Of a stretch of DNA of 61,701 nucleotides, positions 27,174 through 38,902 are shown piece by piece. The first letter of the stretch is position 1; each line of letters opens with the position of its first letter. The notes beneath the pieces were generated by a model that saw only the letters and a list, made by a program, of their open reading frames with translations, ran no database searches and was not told where the DNA came from. The stretch lies in the NCBI GenBank assembly GCA_030141605.1, contig JAQGDQ010001116.1:1-61701 (forward strand). The letters run 5' to 3'. This DNA comes from Tubiluchus corallicola (Eukaryota > Animalia > Priapulida). The translations under genes and the position numbers were made by a program.

Positions 27174-28562
27174 ATGGCAACAACCGAAATCACAATGATG
27201 ACGAATAACACTACCGACTTCAATTCGGAAGGTAACAGCTCGTACGTGGCGTACGAGAATCCTTGGACACCTGATGTCATTCAAAGGGTTGCCACCTTGA
27301 CAATCATCATGTTCATGACCTTGGCTGGCAACACGCTGATTATTCTTGTTTTAACCTGCAGTAGATATCGTAAACGTTGCAGTAGTCGTGTGAACATTTT
27401 CATCATCAACCTTGCCATTGGCGACTTGGCCGTCTGTGTCGTCACGATGACGTCAGAGATGCTGTTTGTGGTGTTTGGGGAGTGGGTGCTGGGTGCAGCG
27501 GCATGCAAGCTAATAGTTTATGGGCAGATCGTTACGCTGGCTTGCACCACGTTCATTCTGACAGCCATGAGTTTTGACCGCTATCTGGCCATATGCAAGC
27601 CGCTCAAGTTCAGCCATAGTGGACGTCGGGCAAGGAAGATGCTTGCGGTGTGTTGGGTGCTTGCCTTCCTCTTTGCCATACCTCAGCTCTTCATTTTCTT
27701 ACAAACCGATGAAGGCATTCACCCTGACGGACGGGTCAAGCACAGCTGCAGGAGTGTGGGGTATACAGCCATGTGGCAACGTAAGCTCTACTTTTCCTTT
27801 CTAACCATTTACATATTAATCATACCTACTATACTAATTACATACTGTTATGCTAATGTTGTGCGCATTGTGTGGCGACAGGGAAAGGACTGCACTGCTG
27901 CTGACGGAGGTCCATCCATCCGGCGGGCCATCGGAGACAAGACCGCCATACCGCGGGCAAAAGTGCGAACTATTAAAATGACATTGTGCATAATTGTTTC
28001 GTTTGTGGTGTGCTGGAGTCCATATTTCATCGTAACACTAATCATTATATTCAGCGAGGGAACCGTACACGTACCAAACGCCCTAATGTCATTGGTGGAG
28101 ACTCTCTGCTTGTTCAATAGTGCCATTAATCCAATTTTGTATGGTTTTTTCAACCTGCGAACGGTTATCTGTGAAGTGTTGTGCGCTAGTAAGGTTTCCA
28201 CTCGACGCATGGGTTCATTTCGCAGTGGTTACACGACAGACGTGTCCATTCCAGATTCCAATGGTCTGGGCAAACGATGGGCAGGCTCCAGACGCGAAAA
28301 GTTCGAAGGACTGCCCCTGGAAGTACGCCTAAATGGTTCCTTAACGACAGCCGCCGTTCGCGAGACGCAGGGAGTGAAGAGTTCCGTAGTTTCCGTCCCC
28401 GAAACGCCGTCGCCATCTGTAGGCAGCTCGGACAGTGAATGCACGTTGCAGCGAGCGGATAGTCTGACGCTACACATACGCCGATTGAGCACCAAGAAAA
28501 ACAGAGATGAAAGAAGACGCAGCATCACAGAGCGGATTCGAAGCAGCTTCAGTAACATGTAG
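27174..28562 (+). CDS. Class A neuropeptide GPCR of the vasopressin/oxytocin-GnRH-CCAP/NPS receptor superfamily; intronless CDS, 462 aa
   Basis: Seven hydrophobic segments. Motifs: GN (TM1), NLAIGDL (TM2), WVLG...CK, MSFDRYLAICKPL, AIPQLFIF, KVRTIKMT, CWSPYF, NSAINPILY. N-terminal N-glycosylation sequons and a Ser/Thr-rich C-tail. Ligand not determined. Confidence 0.96.
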   Translation: MATTEITMMTNNTTDFNSEGNSSYVAYENPWTPDVIQRVATLTIIMFMTLAGNTLIILVLTCSRYRKRCSSRVNIFIINLAIGDLAVCVVTMTSEMLFVVFGEWVLGAAACKLIVYGQIVTLACTTFILTAMSFDRYLAICKPLKFSHSGRRARKMLAVCWVLAFLFAIPQLFIFLQTDEGIHPDGRVKHSCRSVGYTAMWQRKLYFSFLTIYILIIPTILITYCYANVVRIVWRQGKDCTAADGGPSIRRAIGDKTAIPRAKVRTIKMTLCIIVSFVVCWSPYFIVTLIIIFSEGTVHVPNALMSLVETLCLFNSAINPILYGFFNLRTVICEVLCASKVSTRRMGSFRSGYTTDVSIPDSNGLGKRWAGSRREKFEGLPLEVRLNGSLTTAAVRETQGVKSSVVSVPETPSPSVGSSDSECTLQRADSLTLHIRRLSTKKNRDERRRSITERIRSSFSNM

Positions 28563-28782
28563 CCCCAAGCGGTCAATTAGTAAGACTAATCTGAGAGTAA
28601 TAGTCGATTGTGTAATATGGCCTTTTACGTTAAAGACAGGGACCTTAAATGGATTGTTGTAAGGAGTCAGAGGAAAAAAGATACCAGATTAATTAGAAAT
28701 ACGATGGCAGCCCATGATTGAAGAACTTTGGAGAAACCGAATCTTCCAAAGTATTACTTCCACAAGTGTTTTTGTAGGTGTA

Positions 28783-29743
28783 CAGTGTGTCTCAAAAGTC
28801 ACTCCACATTTTCCGCATTCTTTTAACAATCAAAGCAAATTGTTTGAAAATTTGTTCACATGAACTAAAATTGGTTAATTCTTTTAGTCAAATCAGACAA
28901 AATTCTGAATTGAACAACTTGCTCTAGTAGTTCACTACCATTTTCATATACCTCAAGACTTTAGAGACGAAGCCATTGTCAAGATGTGCATCTTACATTG
29001 AGCAAGTCTCGCGCGCGAAGCCAATGAGTTTTAAAGAATGGTTGCACTTTGTTGAAAAATTGCATTGTTCTATGTGAGAAAATAGTGTGTAGTCAACATG
29101 GTGCTCTGAATTACCATTGAACTTCAATGAGTTTTGAAGAATGGTTGCACTTTGTTGAAAAATTGCATTGTTCTATGTGAGAAAATAGTGTGTGGCCAAC
29201 ACGGTCCTCTGAATTACCTTTGAACTTCAATGAGTTTTGAAGAATGGTTGCACTTTGTTGAAAAATTGCATTGTTCTGTGTGAGAAAATAGTGTGTGGCC
29301 AGCATGGTGCTCTGAATTACAACTAAACTTCAATTGGTGATTGAAGGACCTCATGCCTGGCTGATTTTGAACCTTGTTTGTAACATTATTGTCATCACCA
29401 TGGCAATGGGAGTCCAGCTAAACAATAATAATTGCCAAAGGCCTCTTTTGATTAATGGGGTTTTACCTTATAACTGATGAAAATACTATGTGATGTTAAT
29501 TGTCAAGTGCTCCACGTATCTGAAGGAGGACTAGAAAGCATAATTCTCCTTCCTCCTCCTCACAGTAACGTGTATATTTTATTTTATAATGTATCTGCAA
29601 TTTGTATATGTGTTTGTATATACGATTTGATGTACCCAAATAAATTTATAATTCATGATTCACGTAAGAACTTGTCGAAATTGGAGAAAAACCTAAAAAG
29701 AAAATTAGAAATCAACATGTATAGTGACTTTTGAGACACCCTG
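28783..29743. mobile_element. Complete Tc1/mariner-type MITE just 3' of the GPCR
   Basis: TA-CAGTGTGTCTCAAAAGTCACT...AGTGACTTTTGAGACACCCTG-TA; an internal block of about 100 bp is triplicated (29022-29320). Confidence 0.9.
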
Positions 29744-30141
29744 TATTTCATTATGATACACAGATAACGGTGACAATTTCTAAGCGTGAAAATTCACTCT
29801 GAGCTTTTTGTTCCACGTTGTTTATGGTAAACTCGGAAACGGGTTTACTAATTAAAATTAGTGCTCACAATGACGTTATAATTAACGCCACTTCAATTAA
29901 TAACATTGTTAATTAGTCGCTGTGAAACATTAACAGTTAATTAACTATCTGCCGGTCAGATGATATTAAACTGCTCGTTTTGTCATTGCTCTAGTCGTTG
30001 CCAAATATCAAAAAGGAGGCATCAAATTACTGCAGCTTAAATCTTATATTAATAAAATATAAGTTAATCGCTTTATCTTTTCGAGAGCATCCTTGCGACA
30101 TGTAAAATGTAGTTGGTCAAGTTACTTGATATAGTAATAGT

Positions 30142-30303
<162 letters not shown>

Positions 30304-30377
30304 TCATAAACTAATGGTAAATTATAAGAATATACTTATGCGATTATATCTTATAGATAAACCTATTAGATAATAAG

Positions 30378-30968
30378 TTAAAGGAAGACAGGATGATTTT
30401 TCATATACTACCCCCATCCGATAAAAAGTTTACGTTTTAACGCAAGTGATACTGCAAAAGTGTTTCTGATAATTAAATAATAGATTAAAAACTTAATTGA
30501 CGGCGGACGAGCCCAACTATTGATGACATCACAAACTAACGTAATTTTCAACAGCAAAAATAGTCCACGAGCGTGTTGCACGTGTTTGCGAAAGCGAAAA
30601 TTGAAGTACAGTGCTACTGTAAGATATTCAGTGTGTTGTACTAAAACTAGGCATGTTTTTAGATAAAAATTCAAATTTCAAATTTACTGCTGTGTTCGCG
30701 CATGAGTTGTCGAACATGTGTGGTTCGCCACAAACTAACACAGCTGAATTGAGAGGTACAGCACGCGTTGTTGTGCAATGCGTCTCCGAAATACAGGCGC
30801 TAGTGCTCGTCTGACTAGCAAATTGCGAAATAGCAAAGAACTAGTGGCGCGAAAGTAAAATTGCGTTTGTGTGCTAATAATTCTTTCATGTAAGTCATTT
30901 TTGAAAAATAGTGTTTATTTTCAATATTTTAAAGAGTAGACTGTTTTAAGATTGGGTCTGGTTTTGCT
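30378..30968 (+). mobile_element. Kolobok-like MITE family C
   Basis: TTAAAGGAAGACAGG start; colinear with 18423-19055. Confidence 0.75.
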
Positions 30969-31257
30969 GATAGTTTGAATTATGTGTATGTTTCTTAACT
31001 ATGTAAAGTAAGTTAGATAAACGTTATTATACTTCCAATGGAATGAATGGGAGTCTATTAAACCAAACTTGAAGCAAACGTGACGGTATGTCTTCCTATG
31101 TCTTATACAGGAAGACAAAAGCAAGAAACAATTTTAAAACGCAACGTGGTAAAATTCAAGGCAAATTTTCTTACTGAGAAACATGATTGTCTTATTAATG
31201 ATGGGAAAATGAATTCTTATAATGAACACTTAAGCAAAGACATGGCTTTTATTTAGT

Positions 31258-32452
31258 CAGTGGCGTAGCAAGAGGGGGGGGGGTGGCGCAGAAAGGGGGG
31301 GGGGGGCGACAGGTGGTAATCGAATCGCCCCCTGGCGCGTGGGTGAGAGACGCAAAATTCGTCTAGAGTTCAATTACTGTTAATTATTAATTACAGACCG
31401 ATATTAATAAAAATTTTCGTAGCTGACTTAGTTACTAACTACAGCCTAGCAAAAGGACTAATGTTGTTTACTTAAGCGTGTATGTAGGGTGCCGTGTGGG
31501 TTAGCAAATCGATAATTTTGGAAGAAACAATGGCGTTTCTCTAAATGCTGATTGTATTATTGTGAAAGCCTGTAGTGTTCTGTATCTTTCATCATCTTTG
31601 CATGTTTTAATGCTGGAGCTGAATGTTTAATGCTGGCTTTTTGGACTTTTGGCACCCTAAACTTTTTGATGTTTTGATCATTTGTTTGGCATGTGAAGCC
31701 ACAAATTGCGCGCGCTTTTGCGTCCCTCAGCGAGACTTTCCTTTTTTCGATATGATGGGATAAAGATAAACGAATTTTTTCCAAGAATCACCATGAATTT
31801 GGTCTGCGGTACAGCAGCAGAGTAACTGTTTTCTATACATTAGTTACTCGTAACACGACAGTCCATAAACATTCAGCTCCAGCATTAAAACATGCAAAGA
31901 TTATTCCGAATTCATATACCCACGGCCATATTAATTAAATCATAGTTTTTTTTATATTTTTTTGTGTATAGTTGTAAATATGTTTGATTTTATTCGTCAT
32001 TACTGCACAGTAGTTTAGATTGCACTGACGCATTTGCCTTCAGCAGTGTAAGTTTTTATTAACTAACACTGATTGATTATCTCTATAAAGTTTTTATCAG
32101 TGATTATCAATGTTTTTAATGGCAAATAAAGATTATTATATATATATATATATAAGTTACAGAACATTACAGGTTTTCACAATAATGCAATCGGCATTTA
32201 CAGAAATGTCGCTGTTTCTCCCAAATTTATCGATTTGCTAAGCCACACGACACCCTACATACACGGTTAAGTAACAACGTTAGTCCTTTTGCTAGGCTGT
32301 AGGTAGTAACTAAGTCAGCTACGAAAATTTTTGTTAATGTCGGTCTGTAATTAATAATTAACAGTAACTGAACTCTAGACGAACTTTGCGTCTCTCTACC
32401 CTCGCGCCAGGGGGCGATTACCACCTGTCGCTCCCACCTTGCTACGCCTCTG
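31258..32452. mobile_element. Foldback hAT-type non-autonomous element with inverted arms of about 300 bp
   Basis: CAGTGGCGTAGCAAG...CTTGCTACGCCTCTG; 8-bp TSD TATTTAGT/TATTCAGT; 31258-31590 mirrors 32155-32452. Confidence 0.85.
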
Positions 32453-32505
32453 TATTCAGTCACGTCACAAGCATGTGTAACGTTTCGACCAGTTATATAA
32501 ATACA

Positions 32506-32542
<37 letters not shown>

Positions 32543-32597
32543 GTTCATATACAGTTCACATAGTTCATATAAATACGAATACATGTACAAAAATTAT

Positions 32598-33488
32598 CTG
32601 TGGCGTCTCGTAATTAAAATTAGTGGGGGTGCTCGGCTGCTTCAGAACATTTTTACCATTGTTTTAATACTGTGTAAAACGTAACAAATATATGAAATTT
32701 TAATGTTGTAGTTTTACTTGAAGATCAGGTATTGAACGACCTCTTTTCCTAACTGCAAATTTCTCATGGAGAGACAGCTGTGAAAAATTAAGCTGTTGTA
32801 GTTCACTTACAGTAGCAGAACTTATTTCTTGGGGATGCAAGGCGCCGATTAGTAAATAATCTATGTTTTAAGCGCACACACTAAGTTTAAACTTTATCAC
32901 ATCCAAGAATCCGACGGTACTCGGTAAGCACGTGGCAATTGTTACTGTGATAGACACAGTATTTTTCTATCTATCAGCAGACGCTAGCGTACAGCGTGTT
33001 ATCTCAGACATGTGCACGACAGCCAAACGCCACGTTGCTTGGGTTGTGTAACACGAAACAAACAGATGTAATTTTAATTGTAATTTTAAACAGTTGTAAT
33101 TGTAATTTTAAACAAACAAATATTCAAAGATTTGTACGTAACCTCGATAAAATCCTAAACAAAAAATATTGTTTGCTTACTAATAGCCTAAATTGTTCAA
33201 GCTTGATCCGTTCACGGCAAACACGTGACAGCTGACAACAAACTGCGCGAGCGACAGTACTTTCTCTACCTGGGCTCAGACATGCGCACAACGCCAAAAC
33301 ACCACGTTGCTGGAGCGCACTGTGCTGGACTGTGAAGCAAACAGTACTACCCTCACGTGCTCCGCTTCCGGACAACTATAAAGAAAGAACTAAAGAAAAA
33401 AGACTTACTATATCGAATATTATCGATAATATTGAGTGAAAATAGGGGGCGCTGCAGTACCGCAGTACCTATACACGAACCGCCACTG
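32598..33488 (+). mobile_element. hAT-type MITE family F, full copy
   Basis: CTGTGGCGTCTCGT...ACGAACCGCCACTG; 8-bp TSD AAAATTAT/AAAATTAC. Partial copies at 43960-44328 and 45965-46270. Confidence 0.85.
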
Positions 33489-33841
33489 AAAATTACGCAA
33501 ATCAACATTGTGAGCAGTTGTCTTTTTTGGCTTCAGAAATGTCGATCTTTGTAATTCTTCTACACTATATATCGCTTAAGTGTCATGTTTGAGTAAAAGA
33601 AATGTCTTTGCTTAAGATCGTGTTGGCTGTTACATGTTGGATGAGATTCGCAGCACGCTTAAAATGATTTAGACCCACCAGTTGGCAAACGTGTAGGGGC
33701 CATGCACAATGGTTATACAGCTTTAGGCCTATACAATGGCTATAGGCCTAAAGGCCTGATTACGACTGCGTACATAAAATGATAAAACCAAATATAATGG
33801 TTCACTTGTTAAAATTACATAGATGCTGTTTGTCCTTACAG

Positions 33842-33976
<135 letters not shown>

Positions 33977-34282
33977 ATACTACCTTTACGTGGTGAGCAC
34001 ATTTTCACACTCAAAACCTACGTAGTAACATAGGATTGCACTTTCAAGTTTAGAAACATACGATTTTGCAAAGGCTCTAAGAATTGAGGTAATTTGAAGA
34101 CATTTCCTCAAAATTTCGCAAAATCTCGAGACAAACAAATTGGTTTTGATAATTTGAAGAGAAACTTGTAAAGAAAAGTCGACAGAACTAGAATATCTTC
34201 GTATTTTTTGCATTATAATTACAATATAATTGTTTTCTGTACTTTTTCGATAATTTTTGTAAAACTTAGATCGTTTTACTCG

Positions 34283-34452
<170 letters not shown>

Positions 34453-34857
34453 ACTTCAAAATGTTAATATGTACGATAGTTTATACAGTGTAACGAATAT
34501 AGGTGTTTTAGAATATTGTATATAAGCTTAGCAACCTGTATATCAACTTATTAAATACGTATTGATCCGTTGATCCGGTGTAAGTTTTAGAGATCAATCC
34601 CAAGTGATGCTGTTTTCTTTATAAATTTTAGATATTGTTGTATTTACATAACTTTTATCTCTCTTAATAAATTTTTAATTGACAGAAATTCGTTTGTTTT
34701 GTTGAAAATTTGATCTACCTGAAGTCACTATACACTAGCTTTTAAAGCACGTTTTCGTTCACGTGGCGATTGTAAATGTGTGAAGTGTCAGTATTAAGTT
34801 GATGTATTACTTTACAGCAGAGAAAATTAGTGACGGTGACAGTGGCGGTGGTGTTAG

Positions 34858-35113
34858 TTATGAAGATGATGATGGAGGTGGAGCCTTTTGAACATCAACG
34901 TGCTCATCAATGATGATGAAGATGATGATGAATGATGATGATGATGATGATGATGAAGATGATGATGATGATGAGGATGATGATGACAATGATGATGATG
35001 ACAACGATGAAGATGATGAATGATGATGATGAAGATGATGACGATGATGATGATAATGATGATGATGACAACGATGAATATGCTGAAGATGATGATGATG
35101 AGGAACATGATGA

Positions 35114-35160
<47 letters not shown>

Positions 35161-35296
35161 GTTGATAAAGTTGATGAAGATGATGATGATGAAGAAAAAT
35201 AATAATAATAATAATAAGATGATGATGACAATGATGAAGATGATGATGATGAAGATAATGAATGATGATGATAGAGAAGATGATAATGATGATGAC
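34858..35296. repeat. Degenerate (GAT)n microsatellite
   Basis: Seen directly. Confidence 0.95.
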
Positions 35297-36798
35297 AAGA
35301 CAATGGAGAACAGGTATATTTACATCTATGACCGGATTATGACCATTTGAGGCCTAAGATGATGTAATTATGGGTTCTCTGTTAGACGGAGCGCGTCCTA
35401 ACTCACCAGCATCCATTCTGATACATAGCTTGAAGTAAACTCATTGCAAATACTTTAAATAAGCTAGTATAGCTATCTTTTATTTGTCAATAAAAATAAG
35501 ATTTACTGCTATTTTGCTATTTACTGCAAACAAAACGAGCACATATTTCAACACAACCATTGTGAAAAAATAGATTTTTTTTACTATATGTCACCAAAGC
35601 TTGAGGAACACTCGTAGCTGCAGCCTACATTAGCCTATAGGAAACCCAGGCCCTGTTTACACCTGCTATTATAATACAGGTAATATATGGACCTCTTTCA
35701 CTAAAATACTTCCCATAATAATCTTCCGTTAAACAAGATTCCTGTTCCGCCACAAACCCATCATCTGCAGAAGATTCATTATTTCTTATAGATACGATTT
35801 CAGATCTTCGATTACTGGTATTTGTTGCTAAACTAGAAACACCACAAACGGCTAGAAAACTGCTAACTTTCTTGCATTAGAGAGCCATCTAGCGAGTAGT
35901 GACAGAGCACGTAGAGCGATACAAGTATGTTGCTCCATCTATTGGCAGAAATAGAACTTCTGCGCACTACATTGTGGAACCCGATCATACGCTGTAATTA
36001 CCGAAGCCATTGCTAGATATAGTTCTACTGTTTATTAGAACAGACATACTACTTAATTTAGCTGTACTTCTTAGTTACTGCTGCATAGGACACTCCCATC
36101 TGATTTTTGTACAATCTCCTCAAACAACTAGGCCACTAAGAGGTGTCAGAGTTGTCCAATACACAAAGAATGGTGCTAAATCGTAAGAAACAGAACTGTT
36201 TATTTACAACACAGCATATCATTATCAAAAACAGGTGAATGCTATATACGTACGTCAACTTATCTGAATTACAAAAGAGAATGAGGACATGCTCATTTAC
36301 AACATGTGTAACTACAATATACATAACGACACTTATTTATTGGAATGTGCTGCCCTCTACGAGCAATGTGGAGAGGAAAGGACAGGAGGAGAACAATGGT
36401 GGTTGCGTTCTTATTCACAGCAATGTTTTTTTATCGTTTTTGTGTTACAGTTAACAACAGCATTTAGTTATTACCAAATTTGTACCTTGAGAAACTTTAA
36501 ATCTTGATGAAGAGCCAACGATGTAAGTTACATGAGTTTAAATAATTTAATTAAGTTTACGAATTCGATCTGTGAAATTTGTAAAAGTACTTTGACCAAT
36601 AGGTTGTCTTCTTATTCATTAAGCTTCTACTTATCATTCCATTTATTTTTCTTACTTGTTAATGTTCTCTTTATTATTCTCTTTAGAATAAACGTCTTTG
36701 GAACATGAATGAAATAGTGAAGGCGTTTCTGTACATGACAACATGATGTCTTAATCAAAACACGTACATACGCCAAATTACTGCTCATTGTTTCTTAC

Positions 36799-37211
36799 TA
36801 TAGGTTTTACACGTCAAATGTAGACACAGGAAAGTTCAAATGTGACTTAGATAAGTCAAATGTAGACATAGGAAAGTTCAAATGTGACTTAGGTAAGTCA
36901 AATGTAGACATAGGAATTTCGAATGTGTTTTGGTAACTCAAATGTGACTTAGGTAATGTGACTTAAAATTAAAGGAGATTAAATTTAACATCCTTAAACT
37001 TTAACACCTATCCACATTTGAGATACCAATGTCACATTTGACTTGACATGTGTCTACATTTGACTTACCAAAAGCACTCAAGATTTGTTGAAAACCATTG
37101 TTAACACATTTGAACTACATAAGTCTACATTTGAGTTACCAAGACACAATTGAGTTACCTAAATCTACATTTGAGTTAACGCAGGTCTACATTTGACTTG
37201 TAAAACCTATA
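36799..37211. mobile_element. Foldback MITE with TIRs and inverted subterminal repeats
   Basis: TATAGGTTTTACA.GTCAAATGTAGAC ... GTCTACATTTGAC.TGTAAAACCTATA; many internal TCAAATGT / ACATTTGA motifs. Confidence 0.75.
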
Positions 37212-38169
37212 CTTCTTGGTTGAATGATTTGAAGTTGGAGAGTTGAATTTCACTCGAAACACGCATAGCCATAAATACGTTCTGGGTGGTTCTAGATTGT
37301 ATTACTGCTACTAACGAATTTGGCCACAAAAGTGATGGTGGCAGCATATTACAGCAAATGTAATAAATAATAAAGAGAAACCTTTTAGCGGGAGATCCTG
37401 TCAGTTATCTGAACAATCTCGCTGGGTTGAGCTGTAACTTCTATAAAGTTCATTGGTAAAACCATCACAAACCACCATTACGAAATTGAAAGATTAAAAT
37501 CTTAAAACCGATGAAAACTACCTTAAACTACTGCAAAACTACTTTAAATACCACCATAAAAGCTCGTGATTTGCCAGTCTATACTCACTAGGCTCAATTT
37601 TCAAGAACAAAGACCATGTGATCACTAATGCTGGTTTCTTAGCCTGTCAATTTGTTAAGTGGGGGTAATTATTTTGAATTCAGAAAAACTAATTAAATTG
37701 TTTGTGAACCTTGTGTTGCACATTTCAGATTCTTAATTTAAAGTACAGTACAACGATAATATTTGTATGTGCTGCCACCTACACTTAAAATTATTGGCGA
37801 ATTGAGTCAAGTTTAATCCAAGTTGTGGCTTTGGTCTGTGCTGTTTAGTCACTTGTAGGCTGTACCTGCTGGGTTTCCCATACACACATTGTGTTCATGC
37901 CAGTGTGTTTTACTTTGAAAAATTTTTGTTGTTTTTTTAATTGTACTGGGTCTGTCAGCAGTTTATTGTAAATTATAATGTTTGTTTTTTATGCACAGTT
38001 CCATGTTCTTTATGAGCTATGAATTTTCTCGTTTTGGGCGAGAGCGCTGTTATATGATTTAGTGTGATGCATTACAATCTGCGTTCGATCTTATTACTTA
38101 CTGTATGTCTGTGATTTCTGTATGAAGCAAGTTTCTATAGCATTGTTGAGTGTCTAGGCAATTTGTGTG

Positions 38170-38236
38170 ATGTACATCTACAGTGCCTCTGCAGCATTGT
38201 TCAGCTGCATTGTGATACTGTGCTTGTTTTTAACCT
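38170..38236 (+). CDS. Quiver-like gene, signal-peptide exon
   Basis: MYIYSASAALFSCIVILCLFLT, then T|GTAAGT (phase 1), matching the phase-1 acceptor at 41457. Confidence 0.75.
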
Positions 38237-38871
38237 GTAAGTATTGCGATCATTGAAAACAATGCTAGTTGATGCATTAATGCTCAATTTGAAAAGCTTA
38301 TTAATACATTAATATTCTATGTAGGCCAATTAATAATGCAAAGTCATAAATCATTTATTTCACATTACACATTTACAATAGTTTCATGCACAATATATAG
38401 TGAAAGGGCCAACAATGAACATAATACAAATAAGTTTTTACTGTTTCTGCACAAGAAAAGCCTCACACACTGTTCACCTATATACAAATGTAAACGCGTT
38501 GCGGACAATCAAAAAAGCAGGGCTTGTTAGATTGTCCCACACTGTAAAAGAAAAAAAATATTGTAAACATAATCTGAGTAAGTACTTATTAACCGCCCGA
38601 CAATTATCATTTTACCATTCTGTGGTCATTAGTGATATTTCAATCGCAAGCTAATTATTTCTTGGTTTGATTCCAAAAAGAAAAACGGATTAATCGTATT
38701 TTTCATAATTTTAACTAATGTGACGTCATCTCGTGTGAGACGCTTCGCCCCCTGTTGGAAGTTTGCCGTTTACAGATAAAATGAAGCGGTTATATGTATG
38801 TATATGTATTGGCAAAAGCGGTAAATGATTTAATTTTTTTGTCCATGACACAATACTGTACATCATCTAAC

Positions 38872-38902
<31 letters not shown>

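Noticed and set aside
27281-28576. Antisense and alternate-frame ORFs over the GPCR
   Set aside because: Shadow ORFs of a GC-richer coding sequence, with no recognisable motifs.
34854-35350. His/Asp/Met-rich ORFs
   Set aside because: (GAT)n microsatellite.
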